NCBI GenBank assembly: GCA_002104905.1
Contig: MCFE01000259.1
Coordinates: 1-64,000 of the forward strand
DNA: 64,000 nt
Origin: Basidiobolus meristosporus CBS 931.73
Lineage: Eukaryota > Fungi > Basidiobolomycota
Reading direction: 5' to 3'
Shown here: one piece after another, positions 50,484 to 63,900 of the stretch
Numbering within the stretch: position 1 is the first letter of the stretch
How the letters are laid out: each line of letters starts with the position of its first letter
Notes under the pieces: generated by a model
The model's input: only the letters and a program-made list of their open reading frames with translations
What the model was told of the DNA's origin: nothing
Databases searched by the model: none
Translations under genes and position numbers: made by a program

Positions 50484-50996
50484 ATGACACATTTCAGCGA
50501 TAGAGATGTTTTCTTAATGATAATTGGGTTTTTCCTCCCACCCTTCTCCGTGCTGATTAAACGTGGGTGCGGCGCGGACTTTCTCATTAACATTGGTCTC
50601 TCGATGTTGGGACATGTTCCTGGTAGGTAAACAGTATCGATACATGTAAAGTCTAGATAATTAACCCTATCATTTCAAGGTATTTTGCATTGTTGGTACC
50701 TTGTGTACAAATACAACGATTATGCCCAATCTGATCTTGAGCGAGGCCAGCAACCCTATCAACCTCTCCCACAACAACCTGCGCAAAATCCTCCTCCACC
50801 AGCAAATCATCCCGATTCGAAGAAAGCACTTGCTCAGAACGATAAGCCCAAAGCCCTTCAAGGCAATAGCAACAATGAGGGAGGGCAGAGTTCATACGGC
50901 GCCGTAACGCAAAATGGCCAAGAAAGGCCACCAAGTTATAGTGCAGTCACAGCAGGTAACGGAAATTGCATTAATTCTGACGAAATCTTTTACTAA
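50484..50996 (+). CDS. Pmp3/UPF0057 (Sna-like) small membrane protein with Q/P-rich tail and PPSY motif; 2 exons
   Basis: Exons 50484-50622, 50680-50996. IIGFFLPPFSVLIKRGCGADFLINIGLSMLGHVPGILHCWY. Confidence 0.85.
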
Positions 50997-53438
50997 AGCG
51001 TATTCCCAAGGCCTAGCTTCCGCGCCCTCTGGTCCAATAGATGGCTCTAAAACCGGTGCTGTCAATCAAGCCAATTGATGATAAGCAACAGCTGTTATTT
51101 TTACAAGTCCTTACTCTTTGCTCTGTATACATAAACTAAGAAGATCCTGACTACTTCGTTCTGGTCACACCGTACGGTCTGATCTGGCATTTCCAGAGAT
51201 GTTTAATAGTATGTGATTACATTGACATGGACCAGCTCACGCTTTTGATTGTTGATTTTCATGTTCCTAATGGTCATTAAGCCCCATCCCTACAGTAATA
51301 TCTGTAGAGTAACGCATCAAGCTGACTGTCACAACTGTTTGTGGCATTGTAAAGGCTTCTCGATACATCAGATCCACACTCGACAGTAATTTAATGAAGT
51401 GCGTATTAATGTTTGGGAATTTTCATCTGACAGCTGGAATTAAATTCAGCCAGAGTTTAACCGAGATGGCATTGGGTATTCCAGATAACTGTATACTGGT
51501 ATAGATGAGATTTGCCACGTAAGGGATTGAACTGAGGTCATGAACAGCTGAAAGAAACGTCTGGTGAGCTCACCATCTGGTGTACTGACATCTGGAGATA
51601 TGCTCCGGCAAGCTGAAGCACTGATTATGTGGCGCCAGAACAAGCACCAGGTCACAAACTAAGCTGCGTCGTGATGCACACTACTTACACAAAGCAAAAG
51701 GATGGGATGGGATGATCTCGCCAAGAAAATGGAACTTTGGATTTACCCTTTCAATGGGAGGTCATTCTGGTCATGCCTGGGCTAACAGCTGAGAGTTACA
51801 TAAAGTTTCATTGCAGATTCCTCATCTCATATACAGGATGACTAATACCGTACACGATCAGATCATACACGGATCACACTGGGATTTTGTGCTTGGCATG
51901 TAGCGAATGAACGGGCGACCTTCCTTAGCCACATTTAAATCCTGCCTGGTTAATGTTGATGATCACCAGTAAATGAATAATGTTGATAGTGAGATGATAT
52001 CAACTTGCTACAGAACTAGTTGTCTGATTAAGGGAACACGGTAAAGGCTCCCTTGATACCGATGAGAGAAACGAGCAGCGGGATTTAGATGAGGTTTGGG
52101 GAACAGCATCTTGCACAAGCCACTCGACGCTCTGCCCAATGGATACTCAGAAGTGGGTGTAGTGCAGGATGTTGTATTTGGTTTATACTTAATGGATCGA
52201 TAAGCCATGGCCTGGATACCGAAAGGTAGTAACGGCCCTGGAAATAGCACTCTATGCAAGAATGCCCAGTCTCGGGGCATGGTGATTTTTTTGATTCGTA
52301 GACTTCATCCCCAGTCCTGGCCTAATGCCTCACAGGTCGACTTTTCCCGTGTACTGCGCAAGTACGTACCGACGCTGGCTTGAGCTGAGCTGGCACGAAA
52401 CCCCATAGTGTCGTCAAGAACCCCTAATTACCAAGCTTCGGGCTCATCATACTCTGACTTCATATGACAGAGTCATGCCGCCACCATAATCAGAATCAGC
52501 CATCAACCTCGACTAAAATGCTGGGGGTCCTGTGAGGAAGAACAGCACCAAACCCTTTCGACCCTGTTTTGAGTGACGATGATTGAGTGTCACTGACCTA
52601 GATTGTCTTGGCCATTCGTACTAAAGATCCCAGTCTAATCGGGGTTCTATGATGAACAATGATCAATCAACTGTACAACCAACAGAGACAGAATTAAGAT
52701 ACTCATCGGCTACCCGCCAAGATCCCTGGCTTCGAATTGACGAAGATTCGCACGTAACCAATTACTCAGCATTACCCAACGCAGGTGTACGTTACAGTAA
52801 AAATAAGGCACCCTAGATCATACCTTACCATTCAATTTACACCAAATGCTCCCCAAGACCCCGATACAGGTTGCGAGAAATTTCAGATGGTTACGAAATG
52901 AGCATCATCTCTGGCGCCACAGTATCATATCGATGCGCTCAAGACGTCGCTCTCCTCTTCCCACCTTCGACTCCACGGCGGTATCGGAAAAATCCAATCA
53001 GGTCTAGAGGCCCAATGATTGGCATTGTTCGAGAGCCGACCGTTAAACTGCAATAGCTTAGTATCACGCCATTCCAGAGCTTTAGCAAAGCAAACCAGCA
53101 CCTGCTGTGTGGAAAGCACTACGGGACCATTCTATTTTTAGCCAAAACCCGGCTGGGGTATGTGATTGATGGGAAATAGACAGCTATACGATAAAGGATA
53201 AGATTTATTGTTACACGAGATGTGAGAAAAGGGTGATTACATATGGAATTATGCCATTAGAACTGTACAAATGTGAATAGCGGTTGCGTAATAAATAGGA
53301 AGTTACATGGAATACTGGAGGCTCACATTGTTTTTACACAGACGGTCAAAAATACACCTTCCCCGGTCGACGGCGTTAGAGTCAATGCGGTGGGAAGTAT
53401 GGTTCAGGTGCGGCGGGGCGTTAGTTACGGTTATATAT

Positions 53439-53729
53439 TTACAGCTTTGTATAGGGGTCGAAGTCCTGCTCGCTAAGGCGGCGGCTGGAGAGGCGATCGA
53501 TCGAGGCGCTGATTCGCGCGATATCCATCTGAAGTTCAAAATCAATGGAGGATTCAATGCACTGATTCTCGAGGACGTGCAATGAACTGTGCTGCACATA
53601 TTGCTCGAACTCGGCAACTGCCTCCTCGCAATCATGGGAGGCGTGGGGGCCGTGGCAAAATGGGCATTCGACTTGGTTTCCCTTGAGGGAGAGTCGCTTG
53701 TAAAGACGATGAACTGATAAGCGAAGCAT
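53439..53729 (-). CDS. Small C-x2-C-x3-H-x4-C protein, copy 1 (96 aa, unknown function)
   Basis: ATG-initiated ORF, TATA ~65 nt upstream, clear protein similarity to copies 2 and 3. Confidence 0.75.
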   Translation of the reverse strand: MLRLSVHRLYKRLSLKGNQVECPFCHGPHASHDCEEAVAEFEQYVQHSSLHVLENQCIESSIDFELQMDIARISASIDRLSSRRLSEQDFDPYTKL

Positions 53730-53777
53730 TTTGGCGGTGTCGATAAGCAGGGATCGATTGTCGAATGGCTTTAGTTA

Positions 53778-53800
53778 GGTGGCCTGCCCCTCTTTTATAC
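53778..53800 (-). promoter_or_regulatory. TATAAAA-GAGGGGC-AGGCCAC core promoter motif of copy 1
   Basis: Near-identical motif upstream of copy 2. Confidence 0.55.
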
Positions 53801-55602
53801 CAAGCGATTCCAAGATTCAACCTGGATGAGCCTGCCATGGCCACAGCCAGTAGCCGCCAGGTTCTAGTGATGCTCAGATCAGCAAAAATGATCTGTACCA
53901 CCTGAGCAAATCGAGACAATGCCGGTAATAATGAACATCTGAAACTGTACGAGATCTTGGGTACGAGCAATCTCAATAGATGTCACGATCCATTCGGCAA
54001 GCCAGAATTTCGCTGATTTGCAAGCCCATTTCCAAGCCTAGATTTAGTGGTGAACGAACGAACCAAACAGACAGTTTCCGATCTTCAGGCTCGGTGGCTG
54101 GTGAGAGGCTAATCTTATTAGTCTTCACGGATCCAAGAACCAACGATGCTCTTGTGGGTGGTGTGAAGCTACCAGGCGCCTCCGAGTGAGCTGTCTCATG
54201 GACAATAAGCCACTGCATCTATGTTTTCATAACATTGAGAAGGAATTCTGAAACAAGGTGTCTATGTTGTGTTCAGCTCGCTGTCGTCGTCCGGGCGGGT
54301 AGGAGGCTTCGGTGATTTGCGCAAGCTGAGCCTGATGTTACCTTTGTGGTTTAATTATTCTATTACCAGAAATTGGTTCTGTGAAGGTTGCATGTAGCCC
54401 TAGCAAGGTTTCAATACTTTGCCTAGCTGCGGGGTGCAGGGTAATACACATTCGTGAGATTGACCAACAGAGTTAGGTAAGCCGCGGTACACATATCCCA
54501 AGTGCTGTGGTGCTTCACGGAGGATGGTACCCAATGGTTGGCGAGGATAGTGGATCCTACAGACTAGCAAGCCCGCCGTGATTAGCCACGGATACCGTCC
54601 ACAAAGATATTGATCCTGGAGTGTGTGATTATATGGATCCAACTCCCATATATGATCCACACATCACTGCGCTTCATCGCTTTGTAATGGAAAATACGGG
54701 TTAAGCATATGTTTTGATGCTTACGGCGATACGTGATGGAAATGGAAACTCTACCAGAAGGCTAGGAGTTGGCCAGCTGTGAGAATGCCAGTGCAGTGCA
54801 CAAAAGCTACCGGTATCCATCCAATGTTGTGGAATCGGAATTATTCATCAAGCCCAGATTCGCTGCCAAAAATTGCTTGACGGCGGAGCAATGGTCTAGA
54901 GCCTTTTCTGAGGTACGAATCTGATGCTACCGTTTCTCTATAGTCTTACAGGTTTTGGAGATGGACTCCCTCTCCACAAAGGCCATCACATCGTAGGGCA
55001 ATTGAGGCTTTCGCCGAGGCAGTTGATTCGTCCATTGTCGGGATTGTCCTAAGTGTTCTAATTTTCTATTTCGAGAGATTTATCCTACAAGTGTGGATGG
55101 AACAGTTGATAGGCTGAGTGGACATTACACGAATGATGAGTGATTATCACTCGGGCGCTAATTATTCGTTGTAATGGGAGACGGCGAAATCCATTTTAAT
55201 CTAACGAAACCTGCTAGTATTTCTGCTTCATTGGGTAGGCAGTGATTCTGGTTTTGGAGTGTGTGCCAAGGATGAATCCATGAGACTCGCTGATGACACT
55301 GCTACAATGTTGCGCCTCTCCATGATCATATCTCTTTTTCCGCTTGATATATAATATTTCAAGCCTCAACTGACGTGCTGACAACCTGGAGGATTTCTGT
55401 TCAACCGAATGCTAGTTTATTACCCGACCGTGGGTTCGTTCGAAATACCCATCGAACTTAATGCTCGCCTGCACTGCACAAAAACAACCGACGTAAAGGG
55501 CATGAAGTACCGAGTTCATAATGGCGAGTGTTCGCAGCCGACCCTCGCTGGAGTTTAGGGGAAGTGGCATAGTGCAACAAGCGTGTTACAACCTGGCGAG
55601 CC

Positions 55603-55893
55603 TCACTTGTACGGGATAAAGTCTTGTCCACATAGGCGCCAACTTGCCAGCCGGCTGATGTAGGTGTGAATACGTGCTAGATCTAATTTGAACTCAAGGC
55701 TAGGCGTGGACTCTGCACACTGGTCCGTTAGCACGTGGTACGAACAATGAGATACATACTGCTCCAACTCAGCGATGGCTTCCGCACACTCTTCAGCAGC
55801 ATGCTTTCCTTGGCAGAAGTTGCATCTATTTTGCACGCCGGCTTTAGGCGAGGCCAATTTGAGGTTGCGACGGGTGAAATGAGGAAAGGCCAT
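55603..55893 (-). CDS. Small C-x2-C-x3-H-x4-C protein, copy 2 (96 aa)
   Basis: 40 of 72 core residues identical to copy 1 (my ungapped count). Confidence 0.75.
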   Translation of the reverse strand: MAFPHFTRRNLKLASPKAGVQNRCNFCQGKHAAEECAEAIAELEQYVSHCSYHVLTDQCAESTPSLEFKLDLARIHTYISRLASWRLCGQDFIPYK

Positions 55894-56031
55894 GATGGAC
55901 AGTTGGTTCGAAGAGAACTTCGCCTTGACTAGGAATACAGGTGCTGGGTGAGCGATGGCTAGGGTGTTCCCACTGCTGAAAATCGAGCAACTGAATGCGG
56001 CCCACCAATGATGGAGATATTAACGAGAGCA

Positions 56032-56057
56032 AGTGGCCAGCCCCCTCGTTTTTATAA
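56032..56057 (-). promoter_or_regulatory. TATAAAA-ACGAGGGGGC-TGGCCAC core promoter motif of copy 2
   Basis: Matches the motif upstream of copy 1. Confidence 0.55.
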
Positions 56058-58146
56058 TGGGATATCGATATGATGTATTGCCTGGAAGCATGCCCAAGTT
56101 GGGGCTTCGTAAACTAGTTTAGTAATGTAGGAAATGATTAAGGAAGTCTTGAATCATAGAGCTTGGATTCGCATTTCGTCAGGAGATGCTACTTGGGTTT
56201 GTCTAACCACAGTGATGATATGGATCAACTATCATAATATCTGCGAAGTGATGACTGCATATCCCTTGGTGTGATGCTGAATCAGCAGGATATGATTCTA
56301 CTGACTTGGCTGGGATCCTTGCAACAAGGGAGCAAGGTCTGGCAATGCGGATTACATCATACGTATGGGCGGTGGACTGATTAAGGGTAAGTTCTATAAG
56401 TGAACATAGCCCCAGTGTTAGCTTGCATCTTTGATTGCCTCATCTTGATCGATCTTCTACATGGCTGAGTAGCCAAAGCCCTGCGATTCACTTCCAAGCT
56501 GCTAGGCGGTGAGGAATCTAACAGTAGGATACAGATAGCATTATGGAGGTTTGACAAATTAAAAGCGAATGCATAGCCATTCTTTTCCTGTTGAGATCGC
56601 TGGATTGGTATGCTCCTGCCATACCATCTCAGTTTGACTGTTCTCGCTCAGATCTCAGGTCATGCCATGATGAACTTGGTGGCATATCTTCCATCGCCTA
56701 GAAGCACAGCATGCCACAGTCCGGAGGGGACGGGTCTTGCATTAGCATAAGCTCAAATGAAATGGTTTCTATCCGCCCAATGCTGGTCCGTCATACTGGA
56801 CAGACCATGCTTCTTGTGAGGCCAGGGTTCTAACTATGAAGTCTCTGTGCCCAGCATTCTGCAGATGAGCCTTATCCAGGTAAGTCTTGCGCCGTAGGAG
56901 CTATGTGGTGGCGGAACATATATGCAGCAGTGAAGGAAAGACCCTTGCCTAGCGAAACATTAATACGTGCTGGGATAATGGATGCAGCCTTCCCACTGCT
57001 TGTAGGAGTTTCCTGCCAACACCATGCCACATACATGTTGACTTGGAGGTAAGCATTCATGTGAGTTTCTCATGTTATGTGATATTCCGATCCACACGTA
57101 ATAACGCCATTTACGTAAGTGTATAGACATATATTGACCAACTAGACTTAAATGGCTATTTGGCTGAGGATATCCGAAATCGATGGTGTGAGAATGGGCT
57201 GGTAGCAATCAAGACTACAGTGATTGCGTCAATAGGTAAACCGGAAAACTGATGACAGGAGCCCGTGCATGGAGGTGATTCCCAAAGGCTAATCCAAACG
57301 GGCTCGCTTGCTTCTGTTTTGGAAGCGTGGGTTAGGCGTTGCCTCGTTGGTAGGGGATGATGGGGCCATGGCGAGTAGGTGCGATAAAACAGCTTGCTAA
57401 TCAGACGGCGATCAGTGTTCGGCAATGTTTCTGTATCTCAGCTTCGCCTCTTGGGCACACGGCAGGGCTGATTACTGGAGAGTCGCAGGATTTTCTTCAG
57501 GTGCTTGAAACCTTACTTGAAGACGTCTGTGACGCCCCTTTGATTCACCAATGCGAATAGTGAATAAGGCCTAGGCAGGTTTCGTATCGGCTTTCATTAA
57601 TTGTTCGGTTCGAGGTGTATCTGATGCTTAGATTAAATCAGAAACCGATGTAGTAGAGTATTCTATCGGGATGTTCTGGTTTGATCGCTGATTCTCTGTA
57701 TGTTGGCGATGCCGGAATCCTCCGTCCGACCGAGTAATATGAGGACGGCAGGCGTGCGGATGTCTTATGAAACTCCGGCTTGGGTAGACGAATACGTAGG
57801 TATGAAAAATGGAATAGATTACTGTTCGAGATAGGTTTGAGTTGTCAGTGCATTCATGATCCCATTAATGTATAAGATTTGTTCGAATTCATCAAATGCC
57901 TGTCACTTCTCATGCCTCTACCTCATTGACATGGTTTGGATGATATGGATGAAGGTTCGATATGCGCGATATCTCATATGCGTCTCGGACTGGGCTGGAC
58001 TCCACTATAAACCAAACATCCTGTTATTTCCGTATGGTGGGCCCGTGTTTCAGGGATATTGCAACGAGCTGAGGTTCCCCATGGATGGGTTATAAAAGCA
58101 TGTTGGCTTGCCTCTACCTCTCCTATCAACCAAATCTTGCCTTATC

Positions 58147-58498
58147 ATGATATCCAGTTCTGTCCGTAGGCTTTCGAAAAAATTCAGTTTTAAAGTAAAT
58201 GACCCTATCCCCGCTGAGGTGTGCGGCTTCTGCCAAGGGGATCATGAATCTTCGGAATGCGTCGAAGCTTTGTCTGAGCTCGAGCGCTATGTTATACATA
58301 ATTCCGCGCATGTTCTGTCTGACCAACGGGTGGACTACTCGGAAAGCTGGGAGTTAAGCATGGATTTGACCAAGATCTGTTCCTCTCTATACCGCCTTTC
58401 ATGCCGTCGTCTGGTAAACCAGGTAAGCATCCAGATTTTCTTTGCCAACAAGGCCCATACTGACCACCCCCTCCCAGGACTTCACCTTCAAGCCTTAG
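58147..58498 (+). CDS. Small C-x2-C-x3-H-x4-C protein, copy 3 (98 aa), 2 exons
   Basis: TATAAAA at 58091; exon 1 58147-58422, intron GTAAGC..ACTGAC..CAG, exon 2 58478-58498. Splicing restores the family's QDF end. Confidence 0.75.
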
Positions 58499-59891
58499 CT
58501 TGGGCTACTCAGCCATCATTGTAATGCAGTAAATCCATGTAAATACTTGATCGCCTGAATCGAGCAAAGCTGTAAATTCGACTGAGTAGTCTAATATCAT
58601 GTAGTAGCAGATTTAGTGCAATCGATGCAGACTGGGCGCCTACTATATAAAATGCTCTTCCAGGACCAGTTTTACAAGACCGAGTGTACATTACCTAAAT
58701 ATGCCCTCGAGGCGTTGGGGATTCGGTGGCCTCTTCGCTCATCTATTGATGGAAGAGTACTCAGAATCCCTATGAAAGAGTATCGATGCGTAACCCACGT
58801 CGGTCATTCCGCCTTTCGCGGAATGATCTATATCTGTCTCAAGTAGTTTGAAAGCCACATCCAGTAAGGTGGAATTATATTGACTTCGGCACTATAATTA
58901 GTTGGGCCTTGTCTAAGGTTGGTTTCACAAGAGAGGAAGGACTTGTCACTGGTGGGATCACAAGCATGGAAATCCCACCCTGGCGACGGGAAAACCAACA
59001 TCCATGAATACCAGCACCTCGTCAACATCCGTGTCCGTGGGGTTCGTGAACCTGTCATCTGTTCAACGAAGTACACTTTGTGATCCTTGGCTCGGCACGC
59101 TTGCAGATGTGAGGGCGAAGCGGAGCGAACAACTCCACCCTTTCAAGTGACCAGTTACTGGGTGTCTGATTATCATGCAGACCTGCAGCCCATTCAAAGG
59201 CTCTACATCGCCTGACAAAACTCACCCTGTAAACATGATTAGGGGATCGATATGAGGCCGAGCACGACTTCCCTCTGATGCATCTGCGTGCTTTATAATC
59301 AGAGGCCATCCGACAGTGGTTGTGACGTGTGTAGGGTTCGGCATAGGCCAGGTCAATGGACACAAATTAGTAACTTCATCGATATGGCGGAAGCGGCCAA
59401 CCGACCTCATAAACAATTTTCCGAAAGTACGACCGCTATATGGGCAATCCTTTAGGCTTCTTTGTTAAACCTATATTTATCCCATCGGGTGGCCATCATG
59501 CTATTATTAATCGGACGGGTGATGCCATGAAATGGCAAATCATTCACCCAGTAAGAGGTGTGCTTCCTAAATGTTGGCCCATCTTATATATGTTAACCTT
59601 GTGGGAAGTGGATCCAATCAGCGGCGGGTAGTCCAAAGGCTCCCAGATGCAACCCGAGTTTGCTTAATTACAACTTTATATACTGGAACATACATTTAAC
59701 AGAGGTAAGTTTGTCTACAATTGCATCTAGTGTCTCCCAGGGGGGATTATTATGTAAAGGAGGGGAACCTAATGCCTGCTATTCGTGCAAGATATCGAAT
59801 CAAAGCCATGTTGCTTCGCGTGCTTCACCAATAAGTGTAGCGAATGATAGAAAGATATCCCAAGCCAATATGCCCATGCCCACCCGAAAAC

Positions 59892-60983
59892 CTAGGCAGA
59901 AATAGGGGCTCGTGTGTAGGATGGTGGCGGCAAATTCATATAGGATGGGATGGACTGGTAGCTAGGGGGCGATATGTCCAATGATAGCTGTTCACTCGAT
60001 CTCACCAGAACTGGCAAGTCCTTTTGCAGAATCACCTTCTCCCCTTGCCGTTTGTCGTTGATATGGAAAAGGATGGAAAGCTCATGCTTGACTTGGATGT
60101 ACTTGGTATTTAGCGTCGGATAGACATCGGGCGGCAGTGTTAGGTCTGGAAGTAGCCGTCTTGTGTTATCGGCGCCTACAGCCCTATCGCCAAACTCGTC
60201 GAATCTAGCGCTTTTCAATGAATACTCCTGCGTGCGGAAATCCCAGCTTCCTTCTGGCCCAGAGTAGTTGGTTGTTTCTATCAGATAGAACCGAACTTTA
60301 AGAATGTCGAGATCGCTTGTCAGCGACGTGAGATCTAGCGTGATGGGGATGTTCTGGTTGATCACCAGGGTCGGCTCGCTTACAGAGATGTGATACCGAA
60401 AACGATCCTCCCAGGTTCCAAGTGCTTCGCTAGAGTACATCAAGGCATCATCGTAGTTTAGGGAGGAGTTCCGTTGGATCACAATAGAGCGTCTAGCCTT
60501 CAAATCAAAATGAAGCCCTGGCCGCTCCACCACGGCAATCATTCGGTACTCTATGCTACCATATGGCAGGTCGGTGGACTCAGGCGTGCTGCCGTCCAGG
60601 GCCAGTTCAAAAGGATACCTATATCTGTTTGAACTCAACGTACAGCCCCCCTGATCCGGTTGTAGAAAGGTCAACTTCCGCTGCACGATGGTATGCTCTC
60701 TACAAGTAATATCTAAGATGATAAGGTAAGTAACTTCCCGACAGAGCGATCATGAAGGGGAGGACTTACTGTCGTTCTCGTTTAGTCTAACCTTGCCGAT
60801 GAATTTGGCCCAAATAGACTTGATTTTTAACGGGTTATGTACAGTGAGTATGATGCTTCCTCGAAGCACACAGCCGACGGACTCCTGCGGGGTTCCCTGA
60901 AGGGTGAGTAGGTCGTTCTCGATCTCGAATTCTACGGTGGCGTTTTTATTTAAGAAAGGGAAGGGCTTTTGATGTCTGAACAT
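59892..60983 (-). CDS. Alpha-arrestin (ART-like) with C-terminal PPxY motifs; 2 exons
   Basis: Exon 1 60983-60770, exon 2 60712-59892 (344 aa). GCVLRGSI, YPFELALDGSTPES, YRMIAVVER, IQVKHEL, PPSY twice. Confidence 0.88.
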
Positions 60984-63900
60984 ATTACGGCTATCCGAAG
61001 TGAACAAACACGATAGAAGGTATATATTATTACAAGTGGCTGGGAAAGGAATCGGTCTATGCTAAATATTCTCAGGTTAATGCCAGATCCGGCTGGTATT
61101 TATACTCGAGTGAAATGATGTGTTTATTTTCCTCGTGCCATTGCGCATCCGAATTATGAAATGTGGTTATCGCTGAGGCATCCAAATGTGGTGAAAACAC
61201 TGTCAGTGGATAGCCTCAGGAAATCGAAGATCAGTCAATCCAACTAATATAATCCCATGAATTCGAGTGGGTCGTGCATTATCACGGGCTGGGTATTCAT
61301 GCCTTATATGGTATAGAAAGATACCATGGATATAGATCCGTGCTGCAGATTGGACTATTTCATGGAAGTGAACAGCAATGATGTATTTATGATGGGCAGA
61401 TGTGCATACATTACTCTGACCAGATCCCCTTTTCAGTTACGTTTATCCACATCCCACACCTTCATCAGGCAACTCACTGAAGAGCGCTCGGAACTTCAAT
61501 TGGTTACCACCAATGGAGAACACACCTTGTCGGTAGGATAGCCAGGCTACACCGACCAAATCCAGCCACACGGCATGCGCCATGCATCTTGGATCTATGC
61601 ACTCAACACAGCAGGCGTCTGGAGCCACGGGAAGTGCCTCATCACCTTGCAAATCCATTCGATTTATCTCGGGTAGGTAGCCATAAAGATTAACCCAGAA
61701 ATTTGATGAGTAGATTTTGGGCCATTACCAAGTCGGCTTTTCGTCCGGCTGCACTAAATTCCACTGGAGTTTCAGTTGCCTCAATTGTAGGTGTAAGGGG
61801 TTTCGATAACCCAGACTTTACTCCATTAGGATCAATGGTTAGAGTTATCATCCATAGGTGGCTAGATAGGGAGTCTACACTTGCAGACCAGTAATAGTGG
61901 GTTAGAGTCGAACAAATCCATATTTCTTATCGGTTGTTTCCACCGCAAACCGCTAGCTCTACATCATTTATGTTGCTATTGTTTCAGAAATCAGAGTTAC
62001 TCAGGTGATTGCCATATTTGCACCCGGGGTGGGAGATAAATGTCCCTCAGATACGTGGGCTCAGTTGGGGCCGAATTTAGATGTACATTGACGTTGTTGC
62101 GCTGCACCACTGGATTATTCCACCATCTTGCTACAAGCATCAGCAAGGTTCGTAGGGATCCAGGGTGGAATGGGTACCCTCAGACTGTTAATGCAGACGC
62201 CCAAATAGGTTTACACCCCCAACAAGGATTGCCATGACTTACATATACGGGCGTATTGTCTGAGAATGGCTCCTGCAAGCGCCAGGATCCCAATGCCAAA
62301 AGTAGCACGCCACTACGGTGGAATTGTTTGGGCATTCGCGTTCCCTTATCAAAGTGTTACAGATAAATAAATGTACGTACTCACACTTGCCCTCTTCCAA
62401 TAGGTATTGGCTCTGGAGAGATTCGGAGGAAGTTCCCACTCTGTTATCCGCAAGTATCTTTGGCAAATCGTATTGGGGCGATGAATTTCAACCATCGAAA
62501 TTACCAAAGAGTGAGGTAAGGCCTGTGGAGACTGGGATTTCTAGCTGATTATCTGTAATGGTTGCGGTTCAATCATTCGTGCTATTTACATGTGGCTAGC
62601 CCAGGAAGTCCTACTTCCCCGTCGATCGATACCAGGGTAGTTGTGTTGTACTACGGAGATACGTGATGGTTGGCTTTTGCACCAATAACGCTTCGACTTC
62701 TGATTGCTTTGACTATCTACTGCTGTAGAGGAATCAATTGATCATCTCGGTGAACGGCAACCAATAAGCCCATATGGCCAATGAGGAGTGCGGACATAGA
62801 GTTCAAAATGTGCAATTTATCAATTGCGCGCCAGTCGGGGGATGTGATAATAGAGGAGTGGTGAATAGCCTGGCATTGAAGCGGATATCGGGTTCCAAAA
62901 TATCAGGTAGTGGCACCATACTTATCAACAGATGGTGCTCTGAGCCCGATTACAATGCGGGAGCTTGGATACCCTTCTCACAATCGCGGTATATTGAACG
63001 CCCACCATTCGATCCTAGGCTCATTGGTGTTTCACGGAGATCGGAGATCACGGGATTCTGATCAAACCATGGAGCGTCCCAAACTCAAGTCCACCAAATT
63101 TATCCAAAGCTGCAATGCTGGATCGGGGTATCTTGGTAATCAATCACAAGAGCGCCATCCATTGCCTGGAATAGTGTGAGATCTTGATGGTGAGCCAGGA
63201 ATGTGTTCAATGGTAGCGGTTTTGGAGATGGAAGTAAACTCCGAGTATAGATTTGCGCCACAAACGTCTAGAGGCCCGGCTGACTAAGAGTTTTTTTTCA
63301 CAACAGTGCTGCTTGGCTTCGACATGGCATAGGGATGCATTGTATATCAACGGAGAGTGAGCGCACCGCAGATGAATCAACACCATCTTGGCTAAGCAGT
63401 AGCCTAGCAAAGCATGTGCTATATTCTTTTCACGCAATTGCTCATGTCCTGGTGCAGATTAGCTTTTGCGATGGTACCAAACAGCAGACACATACCGGGA
63501 TTGTTAGTGAGTTAATAGCTGCCGGTGGAGATCCTCATTGTGGCTCTGGGCTTTTGACTTCTTTGCCTCGAGATCGACTAATTAGGGCCCATGATGAAAT
63601 GACGGACCCTTACTGGGTATCTACTGGGGATGGATGCCCTGGGATTCGAAGCGGGCTTGATGGAATGGGTGTATGCGCAGTGGACATAACCACCTGGCCC
63701 TGATTGGTCTAGGTTATTTTCTACGGGACTGGATTCTCCAAGAATCTGCATTTCATCTAGAGATCAGCCATATCTGAGCGGGGTAGTTGAATTTGTTTCT
63801 ATCGACCCCTTGCACCGATACATCAAATCCTTCTATAGCCACCAACAGGTGACCCACGAATGCTTCCCAAAAGCGGGAAAATAGTCCGCTGACTAGCGAA

